Assembly (NCBI GenBank): GCA_039794165.1
Contig: JBDIVY010000001.1
Span: forward strand, 271,634-335,633
Direction: 5' to 3'
Origin: Phycisphaerales bacterium
Lineage (GTDB): Bacteria > Planctomycetota > Phycisphaerae > Phycisphaerales > UBA1924
DNA length: 64,000 nt
Positions 1-7,842 of the stretch are shown here, in pieces. The stretch's first letter is position 1; each line of letters starts with the position of its first letter. The notes below the pieces were generated by a model that saw only the letters and a program-made list of their open reading frames with translations, was not told the origin of the DNA and ran no database searches. A program made the translations under genes and the position numbers.

Positions 1-2325
1 CAGGTTGATGAGCCTCCCCTCGTCGAAGAACGGCACGAAGACCTCCCCCGGCTTCGGGTCGCCGCGCCCGCCGATCCACACCGGCAGGTCGATCTCGCCC
101 CGTCGGCTCTTCACGGCGACGACCTCGCCGTTGCGCACGCCAAGCCGCGCCGCATCGCCCGCGTGCACCTCCACGTACGCCTTCGGCATCGCGCGGTGCA
201 GTTGCGGGACGCGCCGCGTCATCGTCCCCGTGTGCCAGTGCTCCAGCACGCGCCCAGTGCACAGCCAGAACGGGTACTCGGCGTCCGGCATCTCCGGCGG
301 GAACTCGTGCGGCCGGAACCAGATCAGCGCCCGGTTGTCCTTCGTCACCGAGTGGTAGAACTGGAAGTCCTTGTCCTTCCCCACGTACGGGTCGTCGAAC
401 CCGCTGAACCGCCAGCGCGTCTCGCGCCACGAGCCGTCCGTCTGTTGCACCACCGGCCACCGCAGCCCGCGGGCCTTCACGTACTCCTCGTACGGCGCGA
501 GGTCCTTGTGCTTCAGCCGCGTGAACGGGCGGTACTCCTCGAACATCCGCTCGTCCACGTTCACGTCGTAGTAATGCTCCCACTCCCAGATCGGAACCTT
601 TCGCCCCGCCTTGTCCGTCGTGTGGAAGATCCACCTGCCGTCGCGGCCCTTCATCCCCTCGTGGCCCATGTCGAAAAGCCGCCGCGACACCGCGATCATC
701 TGCCACGCGTCGTCGCGCGCCTCCCCCGGCGGCTCCACCATCTTGAACCACTGCTGCGTGCGGCGCTCGCTGTTGCCGTACATCCCGTTCTTCTCGACCC
801 ACATCGCGCTCGGCAGCACGAGGTCGGCCAGTTCCGTCGTCGCCGTCGGGTACACGTCCGAGACGATCAGGAACTTGTCCGCCAGGTCCTTCTTCATGCG
901 GAAGTTGCGATGGAGGTTCGGCAGTGTCTGCCCGGGGTTCGTCACCTGCACCCACAGCGTCGTGATGTCCCCGCCCTCGGCCGTCGGCGTGTTGAACCGC
1001 TTGAACATCTCGACCGTGTGGTACCCCGGCGTCGCGCCGATGCGACCCTCCGGCACGTTCCACAACTCCTCCGCCTCGCGTCGGTGCTCGGCGTTCGTCA
1101 CCACGCGTCCCCCCGGCAGCAGGTGAGACAGCGTCCCCACCTCGCGCACCGTGCCGCACGCCGAGGGCTGCCCCGTCAGGCTCGTCGCCGCGTTGCCAGG
1201 CGTCCCGATGTGCCCTGAAAGCAGGTGGATGCCGTGCACGAGACAGTTGATCGCGGTTCCCCGCGTGTGCTGGTTCATGCCCATGCACCACAGGCTGTTG
1301 ATCCGCACGTCGCGCCGCCCGAACATCTCGCCCAGCATGCGGATCTTGTCGGCAGGCACGCCAGACAGTTCCTCGACCTTCTCCGGTGTGTACGGCTCGA
1401 CGGCCTTGGCGTACTCGTCGAACGTCATCGGCACGCCCAGCATCGCGGGCGCCGAGCCGTCATCCGATGCCGGCCCCAGTTGCCGGAAGTTGCAGTGCTT
1501 CTCCACGAACGCCCGGTCGAACGTGCCGTTGCGGATGAGCAGGTGCGCGATCCCGTTGGCGATCGCCAGGTCGCCGTGCGGCTTGAAGAAGAGCATGTGG
1601 TCCGCGAACTCGCTCGTCCGCGTCCGCCGGGTCGTCATGTCGATGATCGTGACCTTCTCGCCGCGCGTGCGACGGTCCACCAGGCGCGAGAACAGCACCG
1701 GGTGCATCTCGGCCATGTTGTTGCCCCACATGACGGCCACGTCGCACCGGTCGAGGTCGTCGTAGCAGCCCGGCGGTTCGTCGACGCCGAACGTCGAGAG
1801 GAAGCCCGTCACCGCCGACGACATGCACAGCCGCGGGTTGCCGTCGATGTGGTTGCTCCCGAGGCCCGCCTTCATGAACTTGTTGCCGATGCAGCCCTCG
1901 CCGATCGTCCACTGACCCGACCCGTACAGCGCGAACCCCTTCGGATTCTCGGCGATCTTGGCCGCAACGATCTCGATCGCCTGTTCCCACGAGATCGGCG
2001 CCAGCCGCCCGTCCCGGCGCAGCATCGGCGTCGTCAGTCGGTCCTCCCCGTACAGGATCGCCCCGACGTGGTACCCCTTCACGCACAGCAGGCCCTTGTT
2101 GACCTCCGCCTTCTGGTCCCCCTGAATGGCGACCACCCGACCGTTCTCGGTCGCCACCATCACGTGGCACCCCGTCCCGCAGAACCGGCACGGAGCCTTC
2201 TCCCACCGAAGGCCGGACCCCTGAAGGACGGGCAAGGCGAACGACCGCGTCGTCCCCGCGGCCGCCGCCGTCGCCGCCGCCATCGCCGCCGATTTCACGA
2301 AGGTCCGTCTATCCACGGTCAGCAT
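1..2325 (-). CDS. napA: Periplasmic nitrate reductase catalytic subunit NapA (bis-MGD molybdoenzyme). The C-terminal ~25 aa are cut off by the window edge.
   Basis: Manual reverse-strand translation from ATG (complement of 2323-2325). It reads MLTVDRRTFVKSAAMAAATAAAAG (twin-arginine signal), then WEKAPCRFCGTGCHV, GLLCVKGY, GSGQWTI, RLCMSSAV, MWGNNMAEMHPVLFSR, SLTGQPSACGT, GRVLEHWHTGTMTRRVP and PFFDEGRLINL. These are colinear with E. coli NapA. The ORF is absent from the supplied track, probably because it runs off the window. Confidence 0.93.
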   Translation of the reverse strand, partial: MLTVDRRTFVKSAAMAAATAAAAGTTRSFALPVLQGSGLRWEKAPCRFCGTGCHVMVATENGRVVAIQGDQKAEVNKGLLCVKGYHVGAILYGEDRLTTPMLRRDGRLAPISWEQAIEIVAAKIAENPKGFALYGSGQWTIGEGCIGNKFMKAGLGSNHIDGNPRLCMSSAVTGFLSTFGVDEPPGCYDDLDRCDVAVMWGNNMAEMHPVLFSRLVDRRTRGEKVTIIDMTTRRTRTSEFADHMLFFKPHGDLAIANGIAHLLIRNGTFDRAFVEKHCNFRQLGPASDDGSAPAMLGVPMTFDEYAKAVEPYTPEKVEELSGVPADKIRMLGEMFGRRDVRINSLWCMGMNQHTRGTAINCLVHGIHLLSGHIGTPGNAATSLTGQPSACGTVREVGTLSHLLPGGRVVTNAEHRREAEELWNVPEGRIGATPGYHTVEMFKRFNTPTAEGGDITTLWVQVTNPGQTLPNLHRNFRMKKDLADKFLIVSDVYPTATTELADLVLPSAMWVEKNGMYGNSERRTQQWFKMVEPPGEARDDAWQMIAVSRRLFDMGHEGMKGRDGRWIFHTTDKAGRKVPIWEWEHYYDVNVDERMFEEYRPFTRLKHKDLAPYEEYVKARGLRWPVVQQTDGSWRETRWRFSGFDDPYVGKDKDFQFYHSVTKDNRALIWFRPHEFPPEMPDAEYPFWLCTGRVLEHWHTGTMTRRVPQLHRAMPKAYVEVHAGDAARLGVRNGEVVAVKSRRGEIDLPVWIGGRGDPKPGEVFVPFFDEGRLINL

Positions 2326-2575
2326 CGCCGGCTCCTTCCTCGCCGCTCCCGAAATCCACGAACGCCACGTCAACGAAACGCACTCCCGGCGTCCCCTTCA
2401 ACGCGGCAAAGACCTCTTCGTCCTCGAAGCGCGATCCCGTCTCCACAACGATCGCCAAACGCTCGCCCGCGCGATCGCCGAGTGTGATGCGGGGATCCTG
2501 CCGCAGCACGCGGATCGCGCTCTCTGCGAGCGGCGGATCACTCTCCAGCGTCAGCACCAACCCGCTGATGGACAC
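2309..2575 (-). CDS. napD: NapD, the Tat-signal-binding chaperone for NapA
   Basis: An 88-aa product (VSISGLVLTLESDPP...RLAIVVETGSRFEDEEVFAALKGTPGVRFVDVAFVDF) with NapD-like size and pattern. GTG start at 2575 lies 8 nt after an AGGAG. The gene overlaps the napA start by 17 nt. The track ORF extends to 2638. Confidence 0.75.
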   Translation of the reverse strand: MSISGLVLTLESDPPLAESAIRVLRQDPRITLGDRAGERLAIVVETGSRFEDEEVFAALKGTPGVRFVDVAFVDFGSGEEGAGDADRG

Positions 2576-2695
2576 GCGGCGATCTCCTCTTCCCCATCTT
2601 GCCCGATCCGCTCGCGCCGTGCTTGATCGGCCATCCATTCACGATATCATCATCGACTACTCTTTTTATCCGCTGACTGTAGGCTCTCAAGTCGC
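2576..2695. promoter_or_regulatory. Divergent control region between napD-napA and the cytochrome/FeS/NrfD operon
   Basis: A 120-bp non-coding gap between two divergently oriented operons. It contains the most AT-rich stretch of this neighbourhood (cattcacgatatcatcatcgactactctttttatcc). No convincing consensus site was identified. Confidence 0.3.
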
Positions 2696-3403
2696 ATGCG
2701 GTCTCCACCCGGCCACTCCCGATTGCCCCGCTCATCAGGCCCGGCATGGGCCGGGTGGCTCTTTCTGCCCGGCTTTCTGCTCCTGGCCGCCTTCATGGCC
2801 TTCGACCCGATCGGGGCGAGAGTGCCCGAAGCCGTGCCTGTCATCGTCTCTCGACACGACCTTGACACCGGGCCGCGGCGGTTCGCCATGGACGATCCGC
2901 CCTCCGCCAACATCAACGGCGTTCCTCAGGGCTGTCAGGACTGCCACAGCATCTTCGTTTTCGTGGACAAGCCCGTCTCGGAACTCAGCATGCACCAGGA
3001 GATCGTCCTGAGCCACGGCCTGAACGACCGCTGCTTCAACTGCCACGACCGCAACGACCACGACCGCCTCCGCCTTCACGACGGCTCCACCGTTCCCTTC
3101 TCGCAGGTCGCCACCCTCTGCGCCCAGTGCCACGGCACCGCCTACCGCGACTGGCAGCGCGGCACGCACGGCAAGACCCTCGGCTACTGGGACCGCGACC
3201 TCGGCGAGGCTCTCCGCCTCCGCTGCACCGAGTGCCACGACCCGCATTCGCCCCGCTATCCGCCATTCACGCCGCTGCCGGGGCCGAACACGCTCCGTAT
3301 GGGTGAGCAGAATCCCCACGGTCACCATGCCCCGGGTCGCCACCACCCGCTCCTGCGCCAGATCGGCGAGCCGCACCCGCACCCTCCCGGGGCAACGCCA
3401 TGA
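2696..3403 (+). CDS. Membrane-anchored tetrahaem c-type cytochrome
   Basis: Four CxxCH motifs (CQDCH, CFNCH, CAQCH, CTECH). N-terminal hydrophobic helix WAGWLFLPGFLLLAAFMAF. His-rich C-terminal tail. The stop overlaps the next start (ATGA). Confidence 0.8.
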   Translation: MRSPPGHSRLPRSSGPAWAGWLFLPGFLLLAAFMAFDPIGARVPEAVPVIVSRHDLDTGPRRFAMDDPPSANINGVPQGCQDCHSIFVFVDKPVSELSMHQEIVLSHGLNDRCFNCHDRNDHDRLRLHDGSTVPFSQVATLCAQCHGTAYRDWQRGTHGKTLGYWDRDLGEALRLRCTECHDPHSPRYPPFTPLPGPNTLRMGEQNPHGHHAPGRHHPLLRQIGEPHPHPPGATP

Positions 3404-4572
3404 GACTCCCCATCCTCAAGAGCCATTCGAACGGCAACGGCGGCGGCGGCTCGTGCGGCAGCGGTTGCGGGTGCGCCTCCGGCAACGGCTCGCCAACCCC
3501 GGACAACGGCCCCGGCATGTCGCGCCGCAGTTTCCTCCGCACCGGCACCGCGGCAGCGGGGGGGCTGACCGCCATCGCCGCCGCGCTCAGCCCGCTCCGC
3601 GAACTCGAACGTGAAGACGCCCCCTCCCTCGAACAGTTCCTCCAGAAGCACTACAAGGAGATGACCCCCGCCGACATGGAGCGCGCACTCGAACGCATCC
3701 GCGCCCAGGTCGAACGCCGCTACGGCATCCGCCCGGAACTCCGCGACTACAAGCCCATGGACGGCGTCGAGTTCGTCTACGCCCTGAACCTCAGCCGTTG
3801 CATCGGCTGCCGCAAGTGCGTCCACGCCTGCGTCGCCGAGAACAACCAGAGCAGGTCGCCCGAGGTCCAGTACATCCGCGTCATCGAGATGCCCCGAGGC
3901 ACGATGGACATGGAAAAGGGCAACCACCACTACGACCGCCCGACCGTCCCGGACGAGGAGCACTTCTACCTCCCCGTCCAGTGCCATCAGTGCGCCAACC
4001 CGCCGTGCGTCAAGGTCTGCCCCGTGGAAGCGACCTGGCAGGACGCCGACGGCATCACCGTCATCGACTACGACTGGTGCATCGGCTGCCGCTACTGCGA
4101 GGCCGCGTGCCCGTACTGGGCGCGCCGCTTCAACTTCTCCAAACCACGCCTGCCCGCCGACCAGGTCAACCCGAACATGGGGTACCTCTCCAACCGCCCG
4201 CGCGACAAGGGCGTCATGGAGAAGTGCCACTTCTGCCTCCAGCGCACGCGCCAGGGCCGCATGCCCGCCTGCCTCGAGGTGTGTCCCACAGGCGCGCGCA
4301 AGTTCGGCAACGTCCTCGACCCCGAGAGCGAGGTCGCCCAGATCCTCCGCACCAAGCGCGTCCTCGTCCTCAAGGAGGACGCCGGCACGCTCCCCAGGTT
4401 CTTCTACTACTTCGACGAGCGATACCCCAGCGGCCTCGACCCCGAAGCCGCCGAGATCGCACGCCGGCTCGAAGACGAGGAAGGCGCCCGCTACGGCCGC
4501 CTGCCCGGCGCGGACGGCCCCGAACTCCGCTGGCGAGACCTCGCGCCGGGCGCGAAGGGGACCACCGCGTGA
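3400..4572 (+). CDS. Tat-exported 4Fe-4S poly-ferredoxin, NrfC/PsrB/HybA-like
   Basis: Twin-arginine motif MSRRSFLRTGTAAAGG. Cys clusters CIGCRKCVHAC, CHQCANPPCVKVCP, CIGCRYCEAACP and CHFC...CLEVCP. ATGA overlap with the upstream gene. An alternative start at ATG 3517 would sit right at the Tat motif. Confidence 0.85.
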   Translation: MRLPILKSHSNGNGGGGSCGSGCGCASGNGSPTPDNGPGMSRRSFLRTGTAAAGGLTAIAAALSPLRELEREDAPSLEQFLQKHYKEMTPADMERALERIRAQVERRYGIRPELRDYKPMDGVEFVYALNLSRCIGCRKCVHACVAENNQSRSPEVQYIRVIEMPRGTMDMEKGNHHYDRPTVPDEEHFYLPVQCHQCANPPCVKVCPVEATWQDADGITVIDYDWCIGCRYCEAACPYWARRFNFSKPRLPADQVNPNMGYLSNRPRDKGVMEKCHFCLQRTRQGRMPACLEVCPTGARKFGNVLDPESEVAQILRTKRVLVLKEDAGTLPRFFYYFDERYPSGLDPEAAEIARRLEDEEGARYGRLPGADGPELRWRDLAPGAKGTTA

Positions 4573-5834
4573 GAACGTATCTCACCTTCCTCTGGCGCTG
4601 CTTCCGCCTCTCATTCGTCGGCGACGGGCGGTACTACGCATGGATGTTCTTCCTCACCGCCGTCGCCCTGCTCGGCCTCAACGCCTACTGCCGCCAACTC
4701 GTCCAAGGCCTGGCCGTCACAGGCATGACCGACCATGTCTCCTGGGGCCTCTACATCGCCAACTTCACCTTCCTCGTCGGCATGGCCGCCGCCGCCGTCA
4801 TGCTCGTCATCCCCGTCTACGTCTACCGCAACCGCGAACTCCACGACCTCGTCATCTTCGGCGAACTGTTCGCCGTCGCCGCCATCATCATGGCCCTCCT
4901 CTTCGTCACCGTGGACCTCGGCCGACCCGACCGATTCCACCACCTCTTCCTCCGCTTCAACTTCCCCATCTCCATGCTCACCTGGGACGTCCTCGTCCTC
5001 AACGGATACCTCCTCCTCAACCTCCACATCTGCGGCTACCTCATCTACTGCGCCTACCGCGGCCGCCGACCCGGCAAACTCTTCTACCTGCCCTTCGTCT
5101 TCATCGCCATCGTCTGGGCCGTCAGCATCCACACCGTCACCGCATTCCTCTACAGCGGCCTCGGCAGCCGACCCTTCTGGAACTCCGCCGTCATCGCCCC
5201 GCGATTCCTCGCCTCCGCCTTCGCCGCCGGCCCGGCCTTCCTCATCCTCACGCTCGGCGTGCTGCGACTCATCAAGGCCTACGACGTGCCCCCGAAGGCC
5301 TTCCTCACCCTCCGCAACATCGTCACCGTCGCCATGACGATCAACATGTTCCTCCTCGGCTCCGAGGTCTTCACCGAGTTCTACACCGATTCGGCCCACA
5401 CCGCCTCCGCCCGCTACCTCTACCTCGGCCTCGAAGGCCGCACCGCCCTCGTCCCCTGGATCTGGTCCGCCATCGCCATGAACACCGTTGCGCTCGTTCT
5501 CCTCTACCTGCCCTTCTCGCGCCGAGAACGCTTCCTCCACGCCGCCTGCGTCCTGATGATCGTCGGCATCTGGATCGAGAAAGGCATGGGCCTCATCATC
5601 CCGGGCTTCGTGCCGACGCCCCTCGGCGAGATCGTCGAGTACACGCCGACCCTCAACGAGTCCCTCGTCTCCGCCGGCATCTGGGCCTTCGGCCTGCTGC
5701 TCTTCACCATCATGGTGCGCATCACCGTGCCCGTGCTCTCAGGCCGGCTTTCCGAGCACACGGGGTACTCACCCGATGCGCCGCTGCGTGCTTCCGATGA
5801 CTCCCACGCCCGCGCGCCCGAGGGTGCAGCATGA
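4569..5834 (+). CDS. NrfD/PsrC-family polytopic membrane quinol-interacting subunit
   Basis: About 420 aa and highly hydrophobic, with about 10 predicted helices (e.g. WGLYIANFTFLVGMAAAAVMLVIPVY, WDVLVLNGYLLLN). GTG start 4569 overlaps the FeS-gene stop (GTGA). The first 257 aa of track ORF 3798..5834 overlap the FeS gene and are rejected. Confidence 0.85.
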   Translation: MRTYLTFLWRCFRLSFVGDGRYYAWMFFLTAVALLGLNAYCRQLVQGLAVTGMTDHVSWGLYIANFTFLVGMAAAAVMLVIPVYVYRNRELHDLVIFGELFAVAAIIMALLFVTVDLGRPDRFHHLFLRFNFPISMLTWDVLVLNGYLLLNLHICGYLIYCAYRGRRPGKLFYLPFVFIAIVWAVSIHTVTAFLYSGLGSRPFWNSAVIAPRFLASAFAAGPAFLILTLGVLRLIKAYDVPPKAFLTLRNIVTVAMTINMFLLGSEVFTEFYTDSAHTASARYLYLGLEGRTALVPWIWSAIAMNTVALVLLYLPFSRRERFLHAACVLMIVGIWIEKGMGLIIPGFVPTPLGEIVEYTPTLNESLVSAGIWAFGLLLFTIMVRITVPVLSGRLSEHTGYSPDAPLRASDDSHARAPEGAA

Positions 5835-6277
5835 AGCCGCACCTGCCCTCCGCCGATGACGCCCGCGTTGCGCTCCACGAGCACCTCGTGGACAAGGCCA
5901 CCAGCGCACGCCTCCGCCACGGCCTGCTCATCGACGCCGACGCGATCCTCCGAATCCTCAACGATCGCCAGACCGTCCGCTACCCCGTCGAGATCGCCTT
6001 CGACGCCGACCCGCTCGAACCCGGCGAGTTCGCCTACCCGCAGCCACTCGGCGAGCATCCCTCCGACGGCTTCCGCCTCTGCCTGCACCCGTGGTTCGAG
6101 CCGACCCCCGAGGTCTGGCCGCTCCTCATCGCCTATCACCTGCCGACGATCAACTACGGCGAGATCGCAGGCCCCGCCGAGGCCGAACTCTTCGGCGCGG
6201 CCCTGCTCGGCATCGAACGAGAAGAGTACTACAACGCGTTGTGTGAACTCGCGGACTCCATCCCGGGGGAGAACTGA
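5831..6277 (+). CDS. Hypothetical cytoplasmic protein (148 aa), translationally coupled to the NrfD-like gene
   Basis: ATGA overlap with the preceding stop. GC-rich third codon positions. No signal peptide, transmembrane segment or motif that I recognise. Confidence 0.6.
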   Translation: MKPHLPSADDARVALHEHLVDKATSARLRHGLLIDADAILRILNDRQTVRYPVEIAFDADPLEPGEFAYPQPLGEHPSDGFRLCLHPWFEPTPEVWPLLIAYHLPTINYGEIAGPAEAELFGAALLGIEREEYYNALCELADSIPGEN

Positions 6278-6286
6278 GCGCAGCAG

Positions 6287-7729
6287 ATGATCCGCAGCAA
6301 AAGCGGGAAGCGTTCCTGGGCCGAGCCGTACCGCATCAAGATGGTCGAGCCGCTCCGTATGACCACGCGCGCCGAGCGCGAGTGCGCCATCGCCGAGGCC
6401 GGCTTCAACACCTTCCTCCTCCGCAGCCGCGACGTCTACATCGACCTCCTGACCGACTCCGGCACCTCCGCCATGAGCGACCGCCAGTGGGCCGGCATGA
6501 TGCTCGGCGACGAGGCCTACGCCGGCTCGGAGAACTACTACCATCTCGAAGACGTTGTCCGGCGACGGTACGGGTTTCGCCACCTGATCCCCACGCACCA
6601 GGGCCGCGGCGCGGAGCACATCCTCTGCCGCATGCTCGTCTCGCCCGGCTGCGTCATCCCCGGCAACATGTACTTCACGACCACCAAGGCCCACCTCGAA
6701 CTCGCCGGCGGCCGCTTCGCCGACGCCATCGTCGATGCGGCGCACGATCCGCTGAGCGAGGCGCCATTCAAGGGCAACGTCGACCTGCGAAAACTCCAAT
6801 CGTTGATCGATTCCGTCGGTCCCGAGCGCATCCCCTTCATCTGGGTCCAGTGCAACGTCAACATGGCCGGCGGCCAGCCCATCAGCCTCGCCAACCTCCG
6901 CGCCGCCTCCGAACTCTGCCGCGCCCACGGCATCCGCGTCATCCTCGACGCCACCCGCGCCGTCGAGAACGCCTGGTTCGTCTCCCAGCGCGAGCCTGAC
7001 CAGCGCGGCCGCCCCATCGCGGACATCCTCCTCGACCTCTGCGCCTGCGCCGACGGTTGCACCAACTCCGCTAAAAAGGACTGCCTCGTCAACATCGGCG
7101 GCTTCCTCTGCCTGAACGACGACGCCCTCGCCGAGAAGGCCCGCAACCTCGTCGTCGTCTTCGAGGGCCTCCACACCTACGGCGGCCTCGCCGGACGAGA
7201 CATGGAAGCCATGGCCATCGGCATCGAGGAGTCCATCCAGGAGGACCACATCCGCGCCCGCGTCGGACAGGTCGAGTACCTCGGCTCCCTCCTGCGCGAG
7301 GCCGGCATCCCGATCGTGCTCCCTATTGGCGGGCACGGCGTCTTCGTCGATGCCGCGCGCTTCCTGTCCCACATGCCCCGCGAGCAGTTCCCCGCCCAGT
7401 CGCTCGCGGCCGCCCTCTATGTCGAATCCGGCGTGCGCGCCATGGAGCGCGGCGCCGTCTCCAGCGGCCGAAACCCCGACACCGGCGAGAACACCTTCCC
7501 CGCCCTCGAACTCATCCGCCTCACCATCCCGCGCCGCGTCTACACCCAGGCACACATGGACGTCACCGCGGAGTCCGTCATCGAACTCTACGAGCGCCGC
7601 GACCGAATCGTCGGCCTTCGGTTCACCCACGAGCCGGAGTACCTCCGCTTCTTCCAGGCTCGGTTCCAACCCGTGGTAGGATCGAGAGTGCTCCTCGACG
7701 CAGAGCACGAAGCGACGGCTCGCGCCTGA
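6287..7729 (+). CDS. tnaA: Tryptophanase / beta-eliminating lyase (PLP-dependent). Tyrosine phenol-lyase cannot be excluded.
   Basis: Colinear with E. coli TnaA: EPYRIKMVEP, IDLLTDSGT, IPTHQGRGAE, NMAGGQPISLANL, PLP-lysine motif NSAKKD, TYGGLAGRDMEA, LIRLTIPRRVYTQAHMD. Confidence 0.9.
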   Translation: MIRSKSGKRSWAEPYRIKMVEPLRMTTRAERECAIAEAGFNTFLLRSRDVYIDLLTDSGTSAMSDRQWAGMMLGDEAYAGSENYYHLEDVVRRRYGFRHLIPTHQGRGAEHILCRMLVSPGCVIPGNMYFTTTKAHLELAGGRFADAIVDAAHDPLSEAPFKGNVDLRKLQSLIDSVGPERIPFIWVQCNVNMAGGQPISLANLRAASELCRAHGIRVILDATRAVENAWFVSQREPDQRGRPIADILLDLCACADGCTNSAKKDCLVNIGGFLCLNDDALAEKARNLVVVFEGLHTYGGLAGRDMEAMAIGIEESIQEDHIRARVGQVEYLGSLLREAGIPIVLPIGGHGVFVDAARFLSHMPREQFPAQSLAAALYVESGVRAMERGAVSSGRNPDTGENTFPALELIRLTIPRRVYTQAHMDVTAESVIELYERRDRIVGLRFTHEPEYLRFFQARFQPVVGSRVLLDAEHEATARA

Positions 7730-7842
7730 GCCGCTCCGGAGCGCCAGTGGGCTACGCCCTGCCATTGCTCGACGACCGGACAACGCGTCAAAGCACGCCG
7801 CGCCCGCCTCCCGCGCCGACGGCGGCGATCGCGCCCGGCCGC

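Noticed and set aside
2600-2625. Possible FNR/CRP-type site (TTGATcggcCATCC) in the nap divergent promoter region.
   Set aside because: Only the left half-site matches TTGAT-N4-ATCAA. The right half is poor, so this is not enough to call a site by eye.
3798-4568. N-terminal extensions of track ORFs, where the track reports the longest possible ORF. Examples: 3798..5834 (NrfD-like), 9991..10998 (moaC), 10485..11987 (moeA), 17688..20036 (ATPase), 32721..33821 (nuoC), 39437..40849 (aminotransferase), 45129..46616 (kynU), 52576..53445 (redoxin).
   Set aside because: The extensions overlap the upstream gene in another frame and are Arg/Pro-rich. Internal starts with Shine-Dalgarno sequences, or 4-nt stop/start overlaps, give products of family-typical length.
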